Positions 29,103 to 38,919 of a stretch of DNA of 64,000 nucleotides are shown here, piece after piece. The notes under the pieces are model-generated. The model was not told the DNA's origin and ran no database searches. It saw nothing but the letters and a program-made list of their open reading frames with translations. The stretch is from the NCBI RefSeq assembly GCF_004353825.1, contig NZ_SMNA01000010.1:124001-188000 (forward strand), in the 5' to 3' direction. The DNA comes from Occultella glacieicola (GTDB taxonomy: Bacteria > Actinomycetota > Actinomycetes > Actinomycetales > Beutenbergiaceae). A program made the translations under genes and the position numbers. The stretch's first letter is position 1, and each line of letters opens with the position of its first letter.

Positions 29103-30047
29103 TCAGGAACCCTCGACGGAACCGATCTCCGGGGGCTCGGGGGCGGTGTCGATGTCGGCGCGGTCACCGATGGTGATCTGCCACAGCTCGGCCCAGGTGC
29201 CGTCGTCGATGACCTGCTGCAGCCAGTCGTTGACGAACTCCTGGGCGTCGGAGTCCTTCGGCAGCCCGATGCCGTAGTTGTCACCGGGGCCGAACGGCTC
29301 ACCGACGATCTGCACGTCGTCGTTGGTGACGACGGCGTTGAGCAGCAGGCTCTGGTCGATCACATAGGCGTCCGCGTTGCCCTGCTGGACGGCGGCCAGC
29401 GCCTGGGCGTGGTCCGGCAGCTCCAGGATGGTCGCACCCGGCGCGAACTCCTCGAGCACGGTCACCCCGGTGGAGGCGGCCTGGGTGGCGACGGTGGCGC
29501 CGTCGAGGTCGTCCAGGCCCGTGATCTCGGTGTTGTCGCTGCGCACCAGGATGCCGCTCTGGGAGGAGTAGTACGGACCGGCGAACGCGACCCGCTCGGC
29601 GCGCTCGGGCGTGATCGAGTAGGTCGCGAAGATGGTGTCCACGGCGCCGGTCTCGAGCAGGTCCTCGCGGGTGTCCACCGTGACCTGCTGCAGGTCGGTG
29701 TTCACCTCGCCGAGGATGTACCGGGACAGCAGCTGGGACAGCGCGGCGTCGAACCCGGTGGCCACGCCGGTGGTCGGGTCGAGCAGCGAGAAGAGCTCCG
29801 AGGTCTCGGTGCCGCCGACGGTGAGCACCCCGGCCTCGCGCACGGCAGAGGCCCATTCGTTGGCCTCGACGGTGGCGTCGTCGGCGACGATGCCGTTGTC
29901 GAGGAGCTGCTGGTAGGCGGACGTGTCGTCGCCGGATCCGCCGTCGGCGCCCTCCTCCTCCGGGCTGCAGGCGACGAGCGCGGCCGCGGCCAGGGAGAGG
30001 GCGGCGACCGTGGTGAGGCCGCGCCGGGTGGTCGATGGGATTCTCAT
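29103..30047 (-). CDS. Polar amino acid ABC transporter substrate-binding lipoprotein (GluB-like)
   Basis: Lipobox LVAC, ATYSITPER, FAGPYY, YGIGLPK. Confidence 0.92.
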   Translation of the reverse strand: MRIPSTTRRGLTTVAALSLAAAALVACSPEEEGADGGSGDDTSAYQQLLDNGIVADDATVEANEWASAVREAGVLTVGGTETSELFSLLDPTTGVATGFDAALSQLLSRYILGEVNTDLQQVTVDTREDLLETGAVDTIFATYSITPERAERVAFAGPYYSSQSGILVRSDNTEITGLDDLDGATVATQAASTGVTVLEEFAPGATILELPDHAQALAAVQQGNADAYVIDQSLLLNAVVTNDDVQIVGEPFGPGDNYGIGLPKDSDAQEFVNDWLQQVIDDGTWAELWQITIGDRADIDTAPEPPEIGSVEGS

Positions 30048-30263
30048 GATGCCTCCGGATGGTGGTCGCCCCAGCGATATGCGTAGGAAGGCTACACAGG
30101 GGCGCGCCCGCCAGCATTCCACCGGAGCGGGTGCCGGGCGAGCGCCCGTGACCGGCCCGCCCAGCCCGTGAGACGGCGGGCGAGCCGCGGTGAGGGTGCG
30201 GAAGTGGTCGCCACTTCGTCACTCTCGGCGGCGGGTGGGTCGCCGGGCGGTAGGTTCGCCTCC

Positions 30264-31409
30264 ATGGACCTGGCACTCTCGGACGTGGTCGCTGCCCTCG
30301 AGAAGCGCTACCCGCCGTCGACGGCGGAGGACTGGGACGCCGTCGGGCTGGTGGTCGGCGATCCGGACGCCCGGATCCGCACGGTGCTGTTCGCGATCGA
30401 CCCGGTCGAGGCCGTGGTGGAGGAGGCGCTCGAGCGCGGCGTGGACCTGCTCGTCACCCACCACCCGCTGTACCTGCGCGGCGTCACGTCGGTGGCCGCG
30501 ACCGACGCGAAGGGCCGCGTGGTGCACCGGCTGATCCGCGCCGGGATCGCCCTGTACGTCGCCCACACGAACGCCGACATCGCCGCCGGCGGCGTCAACG
30601 AGGCCCTCGCCGCGGCCCTCGGCCTGACCGGCGCCCGCCCGCTCGTGCCCGCCCCCGCGCCGGGCCTGGACCTGCTCGTCAGCTACGCGCCCCTCGACGT
30701 GGCCGAGGACCTCCGGCGCGCACTCGCGGGCGCCGGAGCCGGGGCGATCGGGGACTACGAGGGCTGCGCCTGGTCGGTGACCGGGACGGGTGAGTTCACG
30801 CCCAGACCCGGGGCGAGTCCGGCCGTCGGGCAGGTCGGCGCCCACGAACGTCTCGACGAGACCCGCCTCGAGATGGTGGTGCCCACCGGTGCGCGCGAGC
30901 GTGTGCTCGCCGCGCTCCGGGCGGCGCACCCCTACGAGGAGCCGGCGTTCTCGTTCCTGCCCACGCGCACGCCGTCGGGCCCCACCGGCAGCGGCCGGGT
31001 CGGCGACCTCGCCGAGGCGACCACGCTCGCGGACTTCGCGCAGACGGTCGCCCGGGCGCTGCCGGCGACGGCGCACGGCGTCCGGGTGGCCGGCGCACCC
31101 GGGTCGGTGGTGCGGCGGGTCGCCGTCAGTGGCGGCAGCGGGGACGCCTACCTCGGCGCCGCTGCGGCCGCCGGGGCCGACGTGTACGTGACCGCGGACC
31201 TGCGCCACCACCGCGCCGGCGAGGCGCTCGCCGAGCCGGGCGCACCGGCGCTGCTCGACGTGGCGCACTGGGCCAGCGAGTGGCCGTGGCTGCCCGGCGC
31301 CGCCGCGGACCTGACCGCCGACACCGGGCTCGCCACGCACGTCAGCACGCGCGTCACCGATCCGTGGACCGACCAAGTCGCGCAGGTCGCGGACACCCAT
31401 GGGCACTGA
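30264..31409 (+). CDS. Nif3-like dinuclear metal center hexameric protein
   Basis: WDAVGL, THHP, AHTNAD, AHPYEEPA, TADLRHH, HWASE. Confidence 0.95.
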   Translation: MDLALSDVVAALEKRYPPSTAEDWDAVGLVVGDPDARIRTVLFAIDPVEAVVEEALERGVDLLVTHHPLYLRGVTSVAATDAKGRVVHRLIRAGIALYVAHTNADIAAGGVNEALAAALGLTGARPLVPAPAPGLDLLVSYAPLDVAEDLRRALAGAGAGAIGDYEGCAWSVTGTGEFTPRPGASPAVGQVGAHERLDETRLEMVVPTGARERVLAALRAAHPYEEPAFSFLPTRTPSGPTGSGRVGDLAEATTLADFAQTVARALPATAHGVRVAGAPGSVVRRVAVSGGSGDAYLGAAAAAGADVYVTADLRHHRAGEALAEPGAPALLDVAHWASEWPWLPGAAADLTADTGLATHVSTRVTDPWTDQVAQVADTHGH

Positions 31410-31470
31410 TGGACGCACGGGCGCGCGGGGTGTTTGATGGCTGCACCTGTCGATGCGGAGAGGTGAGCCG

Positions 31471-31989
31471 ATGACTGAGCGGACCCTGATCGTCCTGCGG
31501 CATGCGAAGTCGGCCTGGGACACCGGCGAGCCCGACCACCTGAGGCCGCTGGCCGCGCGCGGGCTGCGCGACGGACTCGCGGTCGGCCGGGTGCTCGCGC
31601 GGTACGACCTCGACGTGGTGCTCTGCTCGACCGCGACCCGCGCCCGGATGACGTGGCTGCGCGCCGAGAAGGGCGGCGCCCGGTGCCCGGACGTGCGCCA
31701 CGACGGAGGTCTCTACGGCGCGGACCCCGACGACGTGATCCGGCTCGTCCGCGGCCTTCCGGACTCCGCGCGGACCGCCCTGCTGATCGGGCACGAGCCG
31801 ACGCTCGCGGAGTTCGTGCTGGACGTCGCGCAGCCGTCGGAGGTCACCGAGCGGATCGCCGAGAAGTTCCCGACGGCGGGCGTCGCGGTCCTGCGTTTCG
31901 GTGGCGGCTGGGAGGAGGTCGCCTCGGGCGACACCTGGGTGGAGACGTTCGAGGTGCCCCGCGGGCACTACGGCACCGACGACGATTAG
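31471..31989 (+). CDS. SixA-type histidine phosphatase
   Basis: LRHAKS, RPL, STATRARMT, IGHEP, FPTAG. Confidence 0.9.
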   Translation: MTERTLIVLRHAKSAWDTGEPDHLRPLAARGLRDGLAVGRVLARYDLDVVLCSTATRARMTWLRAEKGGARCPDVRHDGGLYGADPDDVIRLVRGLPDSARTALLIGHEPTLAEFVLDVAQPSEVTERIAEKFPTAGVAVLRFGGGWEEVASGDTWVETFEVPRGHYGTDDD

Positions 31990-32021
31990 GCTGGGCGTCA
32001 CTCGAATACCGGAGGTCATCT

Positions 32022-32753
32022 GTGAGCACCGCCCCCGTCGCCGACCAGCAACGTCTGCTGGACGTGCAGGCCATCGACACCCGCCTGGCCCAACTGGCCC
32101 ACCAGCGCCGGTCCCACCCGAGCCTGGCCACGCTGGCGGAGTTCTCCACCCGGGCCCAGGACCTGGAGCGGGTCCGCGCGGAGACCGCCGTGGTGGTCAG
32201 CGACACCCGGCGTGAACTGGTCAAGGCCGAAACCGACGTGGAGCAGGTCGCCAACCGGGCCGCGCGGGACCAGCAACGCCTGGACAGTGGCTCCGGGTCC
32301 GCGAAGGACCTGCAGGCCATGGCGCACGAGCTCGAGTCCCTGCACCGGCGCAAGGAGGCGCTCGAGGAGATCGAGCTCGAGGTGATGGAGCGGCTCGAGG
32401 CCGCCGAGGGTGAGATCAACGCGATCACCGATCAGGCCGAGGCACTGCGGGCCGACGCCCAGCGGATCGAGGGCGAGCGGGACGCGGCGTTCGCCCAGCT
32501 CGACGAGGCCATCGCGGCGGCACAGGCGGACCGGGCCGCCGCCGTCGAGGGACTCGACGCGAACCTGCTCGCGCTCTACGAGCGAGTCCGGTCCCAGACC
32601 GGGGGACTCGCCGCCGTCGCCATCCGCGGCGAGAGCACCGAGGGCGTGCAGCTCACGCTCAGCCTGACCGAACGTGCGGCCATCCGGGACGCGGCGCCGG
32701 AGGAGGTCATTCGGTCCGAGGACTACGGCTACATCCTGGTGCGGGTCTCCTGA
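32022..32753 (+). CDS. Coiled-coil zinc-ribbon (zf-RING_7/DUF164) family protein lacking Cys ligands
   Basis: QQRLLDVQAID, long coiled coil, LLALYERVR, ILVR end; position downstream of Nif3. Confidence 0.9.
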   Translation: MSTAPVADQQRLLDVQAIDTRLAQLAHQRRSHPSLATLAEFSTRAQDLERVRAETAVVVSDTRRELVKAETDVEQVANRAARDQQRLDSGSGSAKDLQAMAHELESLHRRKEALEEIELEVMERLEAAEGEINAITDQAEALRADAQRIEGERDAAFAQLDEAIAAAQADRAAAVEGLDANLLALYERVRSQTGGLAAVAIRGESTEGVQLTLSLTERAAIRDAAPEEVIRSEDYGYILVRVS

Positions 32754-32780
32754 CCCGCACCGCCGCTGACGAGGGAGTCG

Positions 32781-33458
32781 ATGATGCACGCGGACGTCGC
32801 AGGCCGAGGGGTCACAGGGGAGGGCGAACCGGTCACGGTGGCCCTGGTCCGGCACGGCGAGACCCCGATGACGCCCACCGGTGCCTACTCCGGATCCGGG
32901 GTGCCGGGGCCGCCGCTGAGCGAGGCCGGCCGGGCCGAGGCGCTGCGGGCGGCCACGATCCTGGGTCGGCTCGGCGGTGACCTGTTCGACGACGTGCCCC
33001 CGCCCACCACCCTGATCACCTCGCCGCTGGTGCGCGCCGAGGAGACCGCGAGGATCATCGGGGACCACTTCGGGCTGTCCGCGATCGTCGACGACCGCGC
33101 CAAGGAGTGCCATTTCGGGCAGTGGGAGGGTCTCAAGGAGGCGGAGATCGACGAGCGCTGGCCCGGTGAGCTCGACGCCTGGCACACCACCGGCACCACG
33201 GTTCCGCCGGGCGGGGAGTCGATCGCCGGAGTCGGTGAGCGCACCCACGCCCTGCTGCTGGACCTGGTCGCCGAGCACGCCGGGTCCACCGTGGTGGTGG
33301 CCGCGCACGCCGTCACGATCCGCAGCGTGATCGGGCAGTGCCTGCTCGCCCCGCCCGGCGCCTGGTGGCGGCTGCGGCTGCAGTCGGGGTCGGTGAGCGT
33401 GATCCAGGTGTATCCGGACGGGATGGCCAAGGTGCTGGTGGCGGGGTTGCTCGACTAG
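32781..33458 (+). CDS. Histidine phosphatase family protein (CobC/Gpm-like)
   Basis: RHGET, SPLVRAEETA, ECHFGQWEG, PPGGES, AH. Confidence 0.92.
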   Translation: MMHADVAGRGVTGEGEPVTVALVRHGETPMTPTGAYSGSGVPGPPLSEAGRAEALRAATILGRLGGDLFDDVPPPTTLITSPLVRAEETARIIGDHFGLSAIVDDRAKECHFGQWEGLKEAEIDERWPGELDAWHTTGTTVPPGGESIAGVGERTHALLLDLVAEHAGSTVVVAAHAVTIRSVIGQCLLAPPGAWWRLRLQSGSVSVIQVYPDGMAKVLVAGLLD

Positions 33459-33532
33459 TCGGGCAGGTCTCGGGACGACCGAGCCGGTTCGCCTCGACCG
33501 AGCCCTCTGTGGCGGGCTCGGTCGCCGGGAAC

Positions 33533-34060
33533 CTACTCGCTCACCGGAAGGCGGTCAGGCTGGACGGCGGACACGGTGCTGCCCGCGATCCGGTCGTAGT
33601 ACGTCCGGCCCTGCCCGACCAGCACCCCGGCGATCATCACGCCGATGACCGGGTAGGTCAGGACCGTCGCGGCGATCGTGGCCGGGTCGCCGTCGTCGTA
33701 GCCCCCGAACGCCGCCCCGATCGCGACCGCGTGCCCGAGCTGCCACGGGATCGCGATCTTCAGGGTGTTGCGCAGCAGGGCCCGCCCGAACGGTACCGGT
33801 CCGCCGTCGGCGGTGCGCACCCGCAGGGCGAACCGTCGCTTGCCCCAGGTGGCACCGGCGGGCCCGGACTCCCGCCGCGCGGCGAGCACGGTCGCGAGGA
33901 TCGGTGGCACGGCGCTCATCGCGAACACCACGGCCTGCTCCTGGCCCCACCCGGCGCTGCGGGCGACCAGGCCGAACGGCACGGTGGCCGCGGCGATGCC
34001 CAGGTAGCCCACGCAATCCAGGAAGTACGCCTTGCCGCGCCTGCCCGCCAGTGGGTTCAT
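33533..34060 (-). CDS. RDD family membrane protein
   Basis: RRGKAYFLD, ATWGKRRFALRV, RALLRN, YDRIAGSTV. Confidence 0.85.
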   Translation of the reverse strand: MNPLAGRRGKAYFLDCVGYLGIAAATVPFGLVARSAGWGQEQAVVFAMSAVPPILATVLAARRESGPAGATWGKRRFALRVRTADGGPVPFGRALLRNTLKIAIPWQLGHAVAIGAAFGGYDDGDPATIAATVLTYPVIGVMIAGVLVGQGRTYYDRIAGSTVSAVQPDRLPVSE

Positions 34061-34122
34061 GACAGCCCACGCTAACAAGGGGCGCCCTCGGTGCGGCTCA
34101 ACCGGAAGGACGATTCTCGTGA

Positions 34123-34189
34123 GGTGAGTTGCTTGACTCACCTTCGAGGCGGCGAGTACATTCGCTTGTGGTGAGTCGATGGTCTCACC
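34123..34189 (+). promoter_or_regulatory. Promoter TTGACT-N18-TACATT with two GGTGAG-N8-CTCACC operators
   Basis: Palindromes at 34123-34142 and 34170-34189. Confidence 0.7.
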
Positions 34190-34208
34190 TCACTCGAAGG
34201 AGACGCGC

Positions 34209-34766
34209 ATGGGCAAGCTCATCTACTCGATGATCACGTCGCTCGACGGGTATGCGGAGGCCGCCGAGGGTGATCTCGGGACCGGGGCCGAGGACGCGGA
34301 GGTGCACACCTTCATCGGGGACCGCTTCCGGGACGTCGGCACGTTCCTGTACGGCCGCCGGATGTACGAGACGATGGTCTTCTGGGAGACCGCGCACGCC
34401 CAGCCCGACGTGCCGCCGCACATCCTCCAGTACGCCCGGGACTGGCAGGCGGCGGAGAAGGTCGTCTACTCCACGACGCTGGAGTCGGTGTCCAGCGCGA
34501 GGACCCGGATCGAGCGGACCTTCGACCCCGAGGCGGTGCGCCGGCTCAAGGCGGAGTCGGACCACGACCTCAGCGTCGACGGCCCGAACCTCGCCGCCCA
34601 GGCGATCGCGGCCGGCCTCGTGGACGACTACCACCTGTTCATCACCACGAGCGTGGTCGGCGGCGGCAAGCGCTTCTTTCCCGACGGCGTGCGCCTCGAC
34701 CTCGACCTGGTCGAGCAGCGTTCGTTCTCGACCGGCCTGATCTACGCGCACTACCGGACCCGCTGA
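34209..34766 (+). CDS. Dihydrofolate reductase family (RibD C-terminal) protein
   Basis: SMITSLDGY, LYGRRMYE, KVVYSTTL, AGLVDDY, GGGKRFF. Confidence 0.92.
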   Translation: MGKLIYSMITSLDGYAEAAEGDLGTGAEDAEVHTFIGDRFRDVGTFLYGRRMYETMVFWETAHAQPDVPPHILQYARDWQAAEKVVYSTTLESVSSARTRIERTFDPEAVRRLKAESDHDLSVDGPNLAAQAIAAGLVDDYHLFITTSVVGGGKRFFPDGVRLDLDLVEQRSFSTGLIYAHYRTR

Positions 34767-34881
34767 ACGCCTCGCTGACGATCCGCCGACCGCGCGCCTC
34801 GGCGGCCAACAAGCGCGCCACGGGGCTCTCGGTCGGCTGGAAGGTGCTCGCGCGCCGCCCCGTGGTGCCCGCCGAGCCGGG

Positions 34882-35658
34882 TCACGCCAGGACGAGTTCG
34901 AGGGTGTCCGGGCCGGTGCGGCCGGTGCGGGGGAGCAGGCTCGCCTCGCGGAGCACGGTCGGGATCAGCTCTTGGGCCGCGGCGAGCACCTGCGCGGGGG
35001 TGCGCGGCGGAGCGCCGGGGCGGGTCAGCAGGTGGTGGGTGAGGACCCCGCGGGTGTGCTTGGCGAAGTGGGAGACCACGGAGGGCTTGCCGTCACGGAT
35101 CTGCACCACCCGCACCGTGAACCAGGGCAGGCCCGACGGCGGCCGCCAGGTCGGCAGGTAGCTGGAGGACCGCGCGTCGATCACCACGCCCCAGTCCCTG
35201 CCGAGGCTCTCCCGGAGGGCGGGCGCCCAGTACTGGGTGAGTTCGCCGACTCCGGGCAGCTTCGCGCAGATGGACGTCCGGTAGGCCGGGATGCGGTCCG
35301 TGGGGGCGAGCACCCCCCACAGGCCGGACACGATCCGTACGGAACTGTTCGCCCGCCGTCGCGCCGTCCCGGTGAGCCCGTCCAGACCCGCGGCCGCGTA
35401 CAGGACGCCCGTGTAGACCTTCGATGCGGGCGCCGCGTGGGCGGTCCGGAGCGTGGTGTTGTGCGCGATCTCGGCCGTGAGGGTCGGTGGCACGTCGAGG
35501 ACGCGGGCCGCGTCCGGGCGGGCGCTGGCATCGATGACCAGCTCGAGCAGCCGCTCGCGCCGGTCGGTCAGTTCGGGGTGGCTGAGGGCCGTGAGGTCCA
35601 CGGGGGAGCCGCGCCGGGGGCCGGTCTTGCCCTCGGACGGGGGAAGGAGGATGAGCAC
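34882..35658 (-). CDS. yaaA: Peroxide stress protein YaaA
   Basis: LLPPSEGK, YTGVLY, SGLWG, IPAYR, VSHFAKHTRG. Confidence 0.92.
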   Translation of the reverse strand: MLILLPPSEGKTGPRRGSPVDLTALSHPELTDRRERLLELVIDASARPDAARVLDVPPTLTAEIAHNTTLRTAHAAPASKVYTGVLYAAAGLDGLTGTARRRANSSVRIVSGLWGVLAPTDRIPAYRTSICAKLPGVGELTQYWAPALRESLGRDWGVVIDARSSSYLPTWRPPSGLPWFTVRVVQIRDGKPSVVSHFAKHTRGVLTHHLLTRPGAPPRTPAQVLAAAQELIPTVLREASLLPRTGRTGPDTLELVLA

Positions 35659-35696
35659 GGACCCAGGGTAGGCGGCCCGGCGGCTAGACTCGGACC

Positions 35697-36073
35697 TGGA
35701 TGAGTCGGCCAGGCGGTCGCGTCACGGAGTGATCCGTGCCGAGGAACGTCCGGGCTCCATAGGGCAGGGTGGTGGGTAACGCCCACCCGGGGTGACCCGC
35801 GGGACAGTGCCACAGAGAACAGACCGCCACACCGGTTCGCCGGTGCGGTAAGGGTGAAACGGTGGTGTAAGAGACCACCAGCGCATCGGGTGACCGAAGC
35901 GGCTAGGTAAACCCCACCCGGAGCAAGACCAGACAGGAAGCGCTCGAGGGCTGCTCGCCCGAGCTTCCGGGTAGGTCGCTGGAGGCGTGCGGCAACGTAC
36001 GTCGTAGATGGATGGCCGCCCCCGGGCCGTGCGCGGTGCGGGACAGAACCCGGCGTATCGGCCGGCTCATCCA
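35697..36073 (+). ncRNA. rnpB: RNase P RNA, class A
   Basis: GAGGAACGTCCGGGCTCC, AGTGCCACAGAGAAC, GGTAAACCCCACCCGGAGCAAG, ACAGAACCCGGCGTA; terminal P1 pairing; TAGACT -10 upstream. Confidence 0.97.
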
Positions 36074-36128
36074 CCACCCTCCGGCCGCGATGCTGCGATC
36101 GCGGCCGGAGCAGCGTCTGCGACGCGCC

Positions 36129-36278
36129 TCAGACGCGGTTGCGCCTGCTGACGAAGGACAGGATCAGTCCGATGACGAGGACTGCGACGCCGATCCAGAT
36201 CAGGATCTGCCCGACGCCGGCGAAGCCGATGATGGCGAGGACGACGCCGAGGATGATGAGCACGAGCCAGAGTGACAT
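36129..36278 (-). CDS. 49-aa two-TM small membrane protein
   Basis: AAAGGA RBS, two hydrophobic helices, basic tail. Confidence 0.75.
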   Translation of the reverse strand: MSLWLVLIILGVVLAIIGFAGVGQILIWIGVAVLVIGLILSFVSRRNRV

Positions 36279-36418
36279 GGTCTGTCCTTTCGTAGTCCCC
36301 CTTTGCGGAATGGCCAGCATGGCGCTTCCGGCAACGTGCCGCATCCCGAGCCGTGCGCGGCCTACTGAGCGGACCGCTGCGGATGCGCCCGGTCGGCAAC
36401 CGGATGACGATGATGGGT

Positions 36419-37285
36419 ATGAGTCCCGATGTGAGGCCCCAGAACGTGCCCGCCCAGCAGCAGTCATGGCCCGGCAGGACCTCGGAGATGGACCCGCGGC
36501 CCGATCACGGCGAGGACGGCTACACCGGGCGGGAACGCCTGGTCGGCAAGAGGGCGCTGATCACCGGTGGCGACTCCGGGATCGGACGGGCCACGGCGAT
36601 CGCGTTCGCGAAGGAGGGAGCCGACGTCGCGGTCGCGTATCTGCCCGAGGAACAGGTGGATGCCGAGGAGACCAGGGCCGCGGTGCACGCCGTCGGCAAG
36701 GAGTGCGTGCTGGTCGCGACCGATCTGCGGACCGAGCAGGCCAACCTCGAGCTGGCGGCCGCGGCGGTGGACGCGCTGGGTGGGGTGGACGTCCTGGTCA
36801 ACAACGCCGGCTTTCAGATGGCGCACACCGGCGGGATCACGGACTTCCCGAGTGGCCAGCTGGAGCAGGTGTTCGAGACCAACGTGTTCGCGTCGTTCTG
36901 GCTGACCAAGGCGCTGGTGCCGCATCTGGGCCCGGGTTCGAGCGTCATCTTCACGACCTCGATCCAGGCCTTCGACCCGTCGGAGCCCTTGCTGGACTAC
37001 GCGGCCACGAAGGCCGCGCTGAACAATCTGATGGTCAACCTGGCCGCCGAGCTCGGACCGAAGGGGATCCGGGTGAACGCGGTGGCCCCTGGTCCGATCT
37101 GGACGCCGCTGATCCCGAGTACGTTCGACGCCGCGAAGGTGCAGGACTTCGGGACCGATACCCCGCTCGGGCGGCCCGGGCAGCCGGTGGAGGTGGCCGC
37201 AGCGTTCGTGTTCCTGGCCTCCGACGAGGCCAGCTACGTCAGCGGCACCGTGCTCGGCGTGACCGGTGGCAGGGCGGTCTTCTGA
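36419..37285 (+). CDS. SDR family oxidoreductase (YghA/YdaD-like)
   Basis: PDHGE, TGGDSGIG, NNAG, YAATK, PGPIWT. Confidence 0.93.
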   Translation: MSPDVRPQNVPAQQQSWPGRTSEMDPRPDHGEDGYTGRERLVGKRALITGGDSGIGRATAIAFAKEGADVAVAYLPEEQVDAEETRAAVHAVGKECVLVATDLRTEQANLELAAAAVDALGGVDVLVNNAGFQMAHTGGITDFPSGQLEQVFETNVFASFWLTKALVPHLGPGSSVIFTTSIQAFDPSEPLLDYAATKAALNNLMVNLAAELGPKGIRVNAVAPGPIWTPLIPSTFDAAKVQDFGTDTPLGRPGQPVEVAAAFVFLASDEASYVSGTVLGVTGGRAVF

Positions 37286-37404
37286 GGAAGGCATCAACTC
37301 CGGGGCAGTACGGCCGCGGCGCGCTCGGGTAACGGGGGCGGCCGCGGAACCTGGCGCGGCACCGCAGCCCGCCGATAGCGTGGTGACCTTCGGAGGGAGA
37401 CCAC

Positions 37405-38664
37405 ATGGCCACATCGGTGCTGGCTGGTTGGGCGCAGATCCGCGAGGACTTCGCCGCGTTCTATCGGGACCTGCACACCCATCCCGAGCTGTCCGACCAG
37501 GAGACCAGGACCGCCGGCCTGTTGGCGCAGCGCCTGCGTGATGCCGGGTTCGACGAGGTCGTCGAGGGGGTGGGCGGCACCGGCGTGGTCGGCGTGGTAC
37601 GCAGCGGCGAGGGCCCGGTGGTGATGCTCCGGGCCGACATCGACGCGCTGCCGGTGCAGGAGAAGACCGGGCTCCCCTACGCCAGCACGGTGCGAGCCCG
37701 AGACGGTGACGGCGTCCAGGTTCCGGTGATGCACGCCTGCGGGCACGACATGCACGCCGCGAGCCTGGCGGCCGCCGCCACCCTGCTGGCCCAGGGCCGC
37801 GAGCACTGGCGCGGCACGGTACTGGTGGTATTCCAGCCCGCGGAGGAACTCGCCACCGGGGCCCGCGACATGATCGCGGACGGGTTGTTCGAGCGGTTCC
37901 CGAGGCCCGGCATCGTGCTCGGTCAGCACGTGGCTCCGCTGCCGGCCGGGATCCTCGGGTACGGCGTCGGTCCGGTGATGGCCTCCGCGGACTCGGTGAA
38001 CGTCACACTGCACGGGCGCGGCGGGCACGGCTCCCGCCCGGAATCGACGATCGATCCGGTCCTGATGGCCGCGAACGTCGTCACCCGGCTCCAGGGCATC
38101 GTCGCTCGTGAAGTGCCGCCGGCCGAGTCGGCGGTGGTCACGGTAGGGCGGCTGCAGGCGGGTGCCAAGGACAACGTCATCCCGGACGTCGCCGAACTGG
38201 GCATCAACATCCGCGCGTTCAGCCCGGCGGTACGCGACCTGGTCCGCGCGGCGATCGAGAGGGTCGTGACCGGGGAGGCACAGACCTCTGGCGCGCCGAA
38301 GCCCCCGGAGTTCACCTGGTTCGCCGCGGCGCCTGCGCTGGTGAGTGATCCCGATGCCACCGAGACCACGGTCGCGGCGTTCGTGGAGCGGTTCGGCGGG
38401 CAGCGGGTGATGCGGATGCCTCAGGTGAACGCCAGCGAGGACGTCGGCGTCTTCGGCGAGGCGATCGGCGTGCCGACGGTGTTCTGGTTCTGGGGCGGTC
38501 TGGAGACGGAGTCGACGCTGGCTGCGTTCGCGCAGGGCCGCATCGACGAACTGCCCGGTAACCACTCACCGTTCTTCGCGCCGGAGATCGAGCCGACCCT
38601 GACCACCGGGGTGGAGGCGCTGATCACCGCCGCCACCACCTGGCTCGACCCGGCCCCGCTGTGA
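37405..38664 (+). CDS. M20D family amidohydrolase
   Basis: HPELS, RADIDALP, MHACGHD, FQPAEE, GGHGS, SED, NHSP. Confidence 0.93.
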   Translation: MATSVLAGWAQIREDFAAFYRDLHTHPELSDQETRTAGLLAQRLRDAGFDEVVEGVGGTGVVGVVRSGEGPVVMLRADIDALPVQEKTGLPYASTVRARDGDGVQVPVMHACGHDMHAASLAAAATLLAQGREHWRGTVLVVFQPAEELATGARDMIADGLFERFPRPGIVLGQHVAPLPAGILGYGVGPVMASADSVNVTLHGRGGHGSRPESTIDPVLMAANVVTRLQGIVAREVPPAESAVVTVGRLQAGAKDNVIPDVAELGINIRAFSPAVRDLVRAAIERVVTGEAQTSGAPKPPEFTWFAAAPALVSDPDATETTVAAFVERFGGQRVMRMPQVNASEDVGVFGEAIGVPTVFWFWGGLETESTLAAFAQGRIDELPGNHSPFFAPEIEPTLTTGVEALITAATTWLDPAPL

Positions 38665-38844
38665 GGTCCAGGGAGGTCGTCGCGGTCAGCCGCAGCTAGG
38701 CGTCGTCCGGCAGGAAAGCCGCCCGGGCCCTTTTCCGGGTGCTGAATGGATGACGGCGGTCGTCCGGACCGCTCGACGTGCCCGTCGGCGCGTCGCAGGC
38801 CGACCTGGAGTTCGCTGTGGCTGACCTGGCCTTCGTTGCCCTGG

Positions 38845-38919
38845 AAGCTCGAGCCCGATCCTGCGCGGCCCCGGCACCTGATCACCGAGGCGGGGGTCGG
38901 CTACCGTCTGCAGCCATGA
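38845..38919 (+). pseudogene. C-terminal remnant of a KdpE-like response regulator
   Basis: KLEPDPARPRHLITEAGVGYRLQP-stop with no upstream body. Confidence 0.7.
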
